A stretch of DNA of 64,000 nucleotides from Bacillota bacterium (lineage in GTDB: Bacteria; Bacillota; Clostridia; Oscillospirales; Oscillospiraceae). Location of the stretch: positions 26,702 to 90,701 of the forward strand of contig JAQYLT010000012.1 in NCBI GenBank assembly GCA_028719885.1, given 5' to 3'. Below the pieces are notes generated by a model that saw only the letters and a program-made list of their open reading frames with translations, made no database searches and was not told where the DNA came from. The first letter of the stretch is position 1. Each line of letters starts with the position of its first letter. The position numbers and the translations under genes were made by a program. Positions 61,184-64,000 of this stretch are shown here, one piece after another.

Positions 61184-61397
61184 CTAAAGCGGGTGTGCCT
61201 GCCGCAATGCTTCATCGATTTCTTTTTCGGTATGTCTGTGGCCATGTTTTCTCTCATTGGAAAGGTGATTGTGTGGATGGCTGTGTTTCAGAATGTGGGT
61301 GTGGGTTACGCCGCCGTGGGTATGGATAACAAGATGGGTGTGGGTAAAACAATGCAGCCAAAACAGCGTATCCAATTGCCAATCGTTTTGCTTTCAT
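61184..61397 (-). CDS. His-rich micro-ORF region: 63-aa His-rich frame (61184-61375, TTG start) overlapped by an SD-led 47-aa signal-peptide-like frame (61254-61397)
   Basis: The His-rich frame has 15 His in 63 aa (HTH/THTH repeats). The ATG at 61397 is preceded by AAAGGTGAGA and encodes MKAKRLAIGYAVLAALF... in the neighbouring frame. Confidence 0.45.
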
Positions 61398-61543
61398 CGT
61401 GTCTCACCTTTGCATCTTTCGTGCTGCCAATCCAAATTACGGGGAATCAAAAAGCCTTTTCCCTCATTTTACCGCAGGGAACCCACTTGCGTAAACACGC
61501 AAATTTTGAAACCATTACCCCCACTGATGTTGGGGCAGCTGTG

Positions 61544-61876
61544 TTAATGAGTGAGTTCTTCATAGGAGATGCCCTGGGAAGCCAAAGCCTGCTTCAGCAG
61601 GTCGAGCTGCTCACATTTGTGGACAATGCAGGTGGCGATGTGGACTTTGTCAACATTTTCCTGCTTCATTCGTTCCAGCTTTTCGGTGAAGCCGGGGTCG
61701 GCCAGCTTATCGGCCTCACAGCCATTGCAGTGGAAGTAGGCGGAGAGCTCCACTTCCTGACCTTCGTACTGAGTGAAGTTTTTCTTACGGTCATAGAAGC
61801 TGCGGAAGCAGGCCGCACCTGTGCAGACCCGTCCGGATTTCTTGCAGTACAGAATGGCAATTTTCTTGATATCCAT
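61544..61876 (-). CDS. CGGC-domain-like Cys/His-rich protein (paralogue of 50000-50335)
   Basis: 110 aa: KIAILYCKK...VCTGAAC...HCNGCE...HIATC...HKC. Its start directly abuts the ABC ATPase stop. Confidence 0.7.
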   Translation of the reverse strand: MDIKKIAILYCKKSGRVCTGAACFRSFYDRKKNFTQYEGQEVELSAYFHCNGCEADKLADPGFTEKLERMKQENVDKVHIATCIVHKCEQLDLLKQALASQGISYEELTH

Positions 61877-62557
61877 TTATGTTCCCTCCGGTTCGACAAT
61901 TCCGTTTTCAACGATATAGATGCGGTCACAAACTCCGTCGCAGAGACAGCGGTTGTGGGTAATGAAAATGTAGGAAGCTCTGTTTTCCTGTTGGTATTCC
62001 CGAAGCATCTGGATCATCTGTGCCTGGGTGATGACATCCAGCATGCTTGTGGGCTCATCCAGGATGATAACCTTCGGCTTCATGACCAGCAGTCTGGAAA
62101 GTGCCGCCCGCTGCAGTTCACCTCCGGAAAGCTCCGCAGGCTTGCGGTAGAGGTGCTCTTCATGAAGGCCGAATTTCTCGATATTCTCAATCAGAATATC
62201 CGTGGAGTATGGAAGCCGATAGAGCTTGTAGGGTTCTTTCAGGCTGGCAATCAGCGGCAGCGATGGGTTGAAAGAAATCTCCGGGTGCTGAAAGAGAATT
62301 TGGATATTCTTTCTTGCTTCCCCACGGAATGGATAACGGATTTCCTGTTCCTCGAAAAAGATTTTCCCGGAGGTTGGCTTCAGCAGACCGGAGAGCATCT
62401 GGCCCAGGGTTGATTTCCCGCTCCCGCTGTCGCCAAAAAGTCCGACCGTTTCCCCTTCTGCCAGGGTGATTTCCACATCCCTGCAGGCATAAAAGGATTT
62501 GCCCTGCTCCGTCCGGCTTTTGTAGGTTTTACAAAGCTTTTCTGTTCGGATCCGCAT
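61877..62557 (-). CDS. ABC ATP-binding protein (NikE/OppF-type)
   Basis: Walker A GDSGSGKST, signature LSGGELQR. Confidence 0.85.
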   Translation of the reverse strand: MRIRTEKLCKTYKSRTEQGKSFYACRDVEITLAEGETVGLFGDSGSGKSTLGQMLSGLLKPTSGKIFFEEQEIRYPFRGEARKNIQILFQHPEISFNPSLPLIASLKEPYKLYRLPYSTDILIENIEKFGLHEEHLYRKPAELSGGELQRAALSRLLVMKPKVIILDEPTSMLDVITQAQMIQMLREYQQENRASYIFITHNRCLCDGVCDRIYIVENGIVEPEGT

Positions 62558-63473
62558 AGAGCCAGCACCTCACTTTCCGGTCTCCCACGTCGAAAATGGG
62601 AGGCATTTTTTCGCACTGTGTGGTGCAATACCTGCAGCGATGCCGGTAGCGGCAGCCATAGTTCTTGTAACCGGTGTGGGGTGGGGCAAAGCCCGCCTGA
62701 TCCACCTTCATCCCATTTTCAGGAATGGCATCAATCATATCCAGGGTGTAGGGATGCAGGGGGGAGACGAGAATCTGCTCCGTGGTTCCAAATTCCACCT
62801 GCTGCGCCGCATACAGAACACAGATATGGTCGGATATTTTACTCGCAAACATCAAATCATGGGTGACGCACAGAATGCTTTTTTCCTCCAGCCGGTTAAA
62901 GGCATCCACCACCAGGGCAACACGCTTTTCGTCCAGCCCCTTACTGGGTTCGTCCGCCAGCAGAATTCTGGCACCGGCGGCAATTCCCATGGCAATCATG
63001 GCACGTTGGCGCATTCCGCCGCTGAAAGTATGTGGATAAGCCTGAGCCAGTGTTTCCTCGCTGCCCAGGTGGAAATATCGAAGCAAATCCACACTTTTGG
63101 CGACAGCATCCTTTTTTCGGAAGCCCTTGTGCTCCATTAAGGGTTCGCCAACCTGGAAGCCTACCTTCATCAGGGGGTTCATGCTTCCGCCCCCACCCTG
63201 GGGGACATAGGAAATCACGCCGCCGCGCAGTCTGTTCAGCTCCCGCCGCTTCATCTTCCAGATGCTTACACCGTCTAAAAGCACATCGCCCTTCGTCTGA
63301 GCAGCTTCAGGAAGCAGCCGAAGCACAGCCAGCAGAAGAACACTTTTTCCGCTGCCGGTTTCGCCCACCAAGGCAATCCTTCCCCCGGCAGGCAGCACCA
63401 GGGACACATCCTCAACCGCCTGAACATCGCTGTCGGCGCTGAATTTGACGGACACGTTTTTCATTTCCAGCAT
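62529..63473 (-). CDS. ABC ATP-binding protein (NikD/OppD-type)
   Basis: 314 aa counted from the ATG at 63473 after AGGAGGGA. Walker A GETGSGKS, signature FSGGMRQR, and a C-terminal oligo_HPY-like HPYT. Confidence 0.85.
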   Translation of the reverse strand: MLEMKNVSVKFSADSDVQAVEDVSLVLPAGGRIALVGETGSGKSVLLLAVLRLLPEAAQTKGDVLLDGVSIWKMKRRELNRLRGGVISYVPQGGGGSMNPLMKVGFQVGEPLMEHKGFRKKDAVAKSVDLLRYFHLGSEETLAQAYPHTFSGGMRQRAMIAMGIAAGARILLADEPSKGLDEKRVALVVDAFNRLEEKSILCVTHDLMFASKISDHICVLYAAQQVEFGTTEQILVSPLHPYTLDMIDAIPENGMKVDQAGFAPPHTGYKNYGCRYRHRCRYCTTQCEKMPPIFDVGDRKVRCWLYADPNRKAL

Positions 63474-63484
63474 ACCGTCCCTCC

Positions 63485-64000
63485 TTACCTGCTCTGCTGG
63501 CCGTAGTAACCAACCAGCATGAAGCCCAGCACTGCCAGAGAGGTACAGAGAATCGGCGGCAAATACCACCATGTGAAGCCGCGGATGACGCCATTGCGAA
63601 AGAAAGCATAATGCAAAATGGCGCCCCAGCTCTTCTCTCCGAATTCCCCCAAGCCCAGAAAGCTCAGGGATGCCTCCGTCATCATGGCAGAGGACACGGC
63701 CATAGCGCCTCGGGAGAGGATGATATCCTTCAGATTTGGCACCAGATGCTTGCCCATAATCACAAGATCCCTCTGGCCAATTGCCTTTTCAATCTTTACA
63801 AAGGGTTCCTCCGTCAGTGCCAGAATCCTTGATCGAAGCACGCGGGCGGTACCTGTCCAGGCGGTGATGCTGATGGCGACGATGATGCTGATTTTGCCGG
63901 GGGACAGATAGCAGACCAGAAGTGTGGTCAGCGCCAGGCCCGGCACTGCCATGGCCAGATTGGTCAGAGCAGTGACAGCTTTGTCCACAATTCCGCCGTA
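63485..64000 (-). CDS. ABC permease (NikC/DppC-type), 5' end outside the window
   Basis: C-terminal TM segments and an EAA-like loop (SSAMMTEASLSFLGLG). The ORF is open to the window edge. Confidence 0.8.
   Translation of the reverse strand, partial: YGGIVDKAVTALTNLAMAVPGLALTTLLVCYLSPGKISIIVAISITAWTGTARVLRSRILALTEEPFVKIEKAIGQRDLVIMGKHLVPNLKDIILSRGAMAVSSAMMTEASLSFLGLGEFGEKSWGAILHYAFFRNGVIRGFTWWYLPPILCTSLAVLGFMLVGYYGQQSR

Noticed and set aside
1-64000. CRISPR arrays, rRNA genes, integrase/transposase genes
   Set aside because: I looked for regularly spaced short direct repeats, rRNA-like segments and recombinase motifs (tyrosine R..HxxR..Y, serine resolvase, DDE). None were found, and all repeats present are hairpin/REP-like or the two 216-bp copies.

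Overview
64-kb window from a high-GC Gram-positive anaerobe (Clostridia-like by protein style and SD sites; this is inference, no search was run).

Layout, left to right:
(1) 25-6236: complete aspartate-to-threonine block, hom-lysC-asd on the minus strand and thrC-thrB diverging on the plus strand.
(2) 6.7-23.4 kb: phage-derived locus holding only a packaging/head/short-tail/lysis operon plus an ImmR/ImmA switch. No integrase, replication, tape-measure, tube or sheath genes are present. It abuts a tRNA-Gly/Arg/His cluster.
(3) 23.7-36.1 kb: segment bracketed by two ~216-bp direct repeats. It carries its own Tat translocase genes around a Tat-exported FMN/FAD flavoprotein reductase, an Fe-S aldo/keto reductase with a TetR regulator, a hypB-X-hypA operon (X is a 957-aa Fe-S/GltD-like flavoprotein), and arsC with a Cys-rich protein.
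(4) 36.3-43.0 kb: Nik/Opp-type ABC importer translationally coupled to a TPR protein and a SAM methyltransferase.
(5) 43.2-49.6 kb: MATE pump, LysR regulators and gldA, with a cobalamin riboswitch placed in front of a LysR gene.
(6) 50.0-57.7 kb: two divergent cobalamin riboswitches. One drives a BtuFCD-type importer plus a CGGC-domain protein, the other drives cbiK-DUF1638-RACo.
(7) 57.9-61.0 kb: MoxR-type AAA+ / VWA / ankyrin-like trio.
(8) 61.2-64.0 kb: 3' end of a second Nik-type importer operon, ending in a second CGGC protein and a His-rich micro-ORF.

Intergenic DNA is populated by a GTAGGG-headed hairpin repeat family (REP/REPIN-like), including copies inside the phage head operon, and by one TIR-bounded MITE-like element.

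All functional calls rest on motifs read from the translations. No database search was possible.
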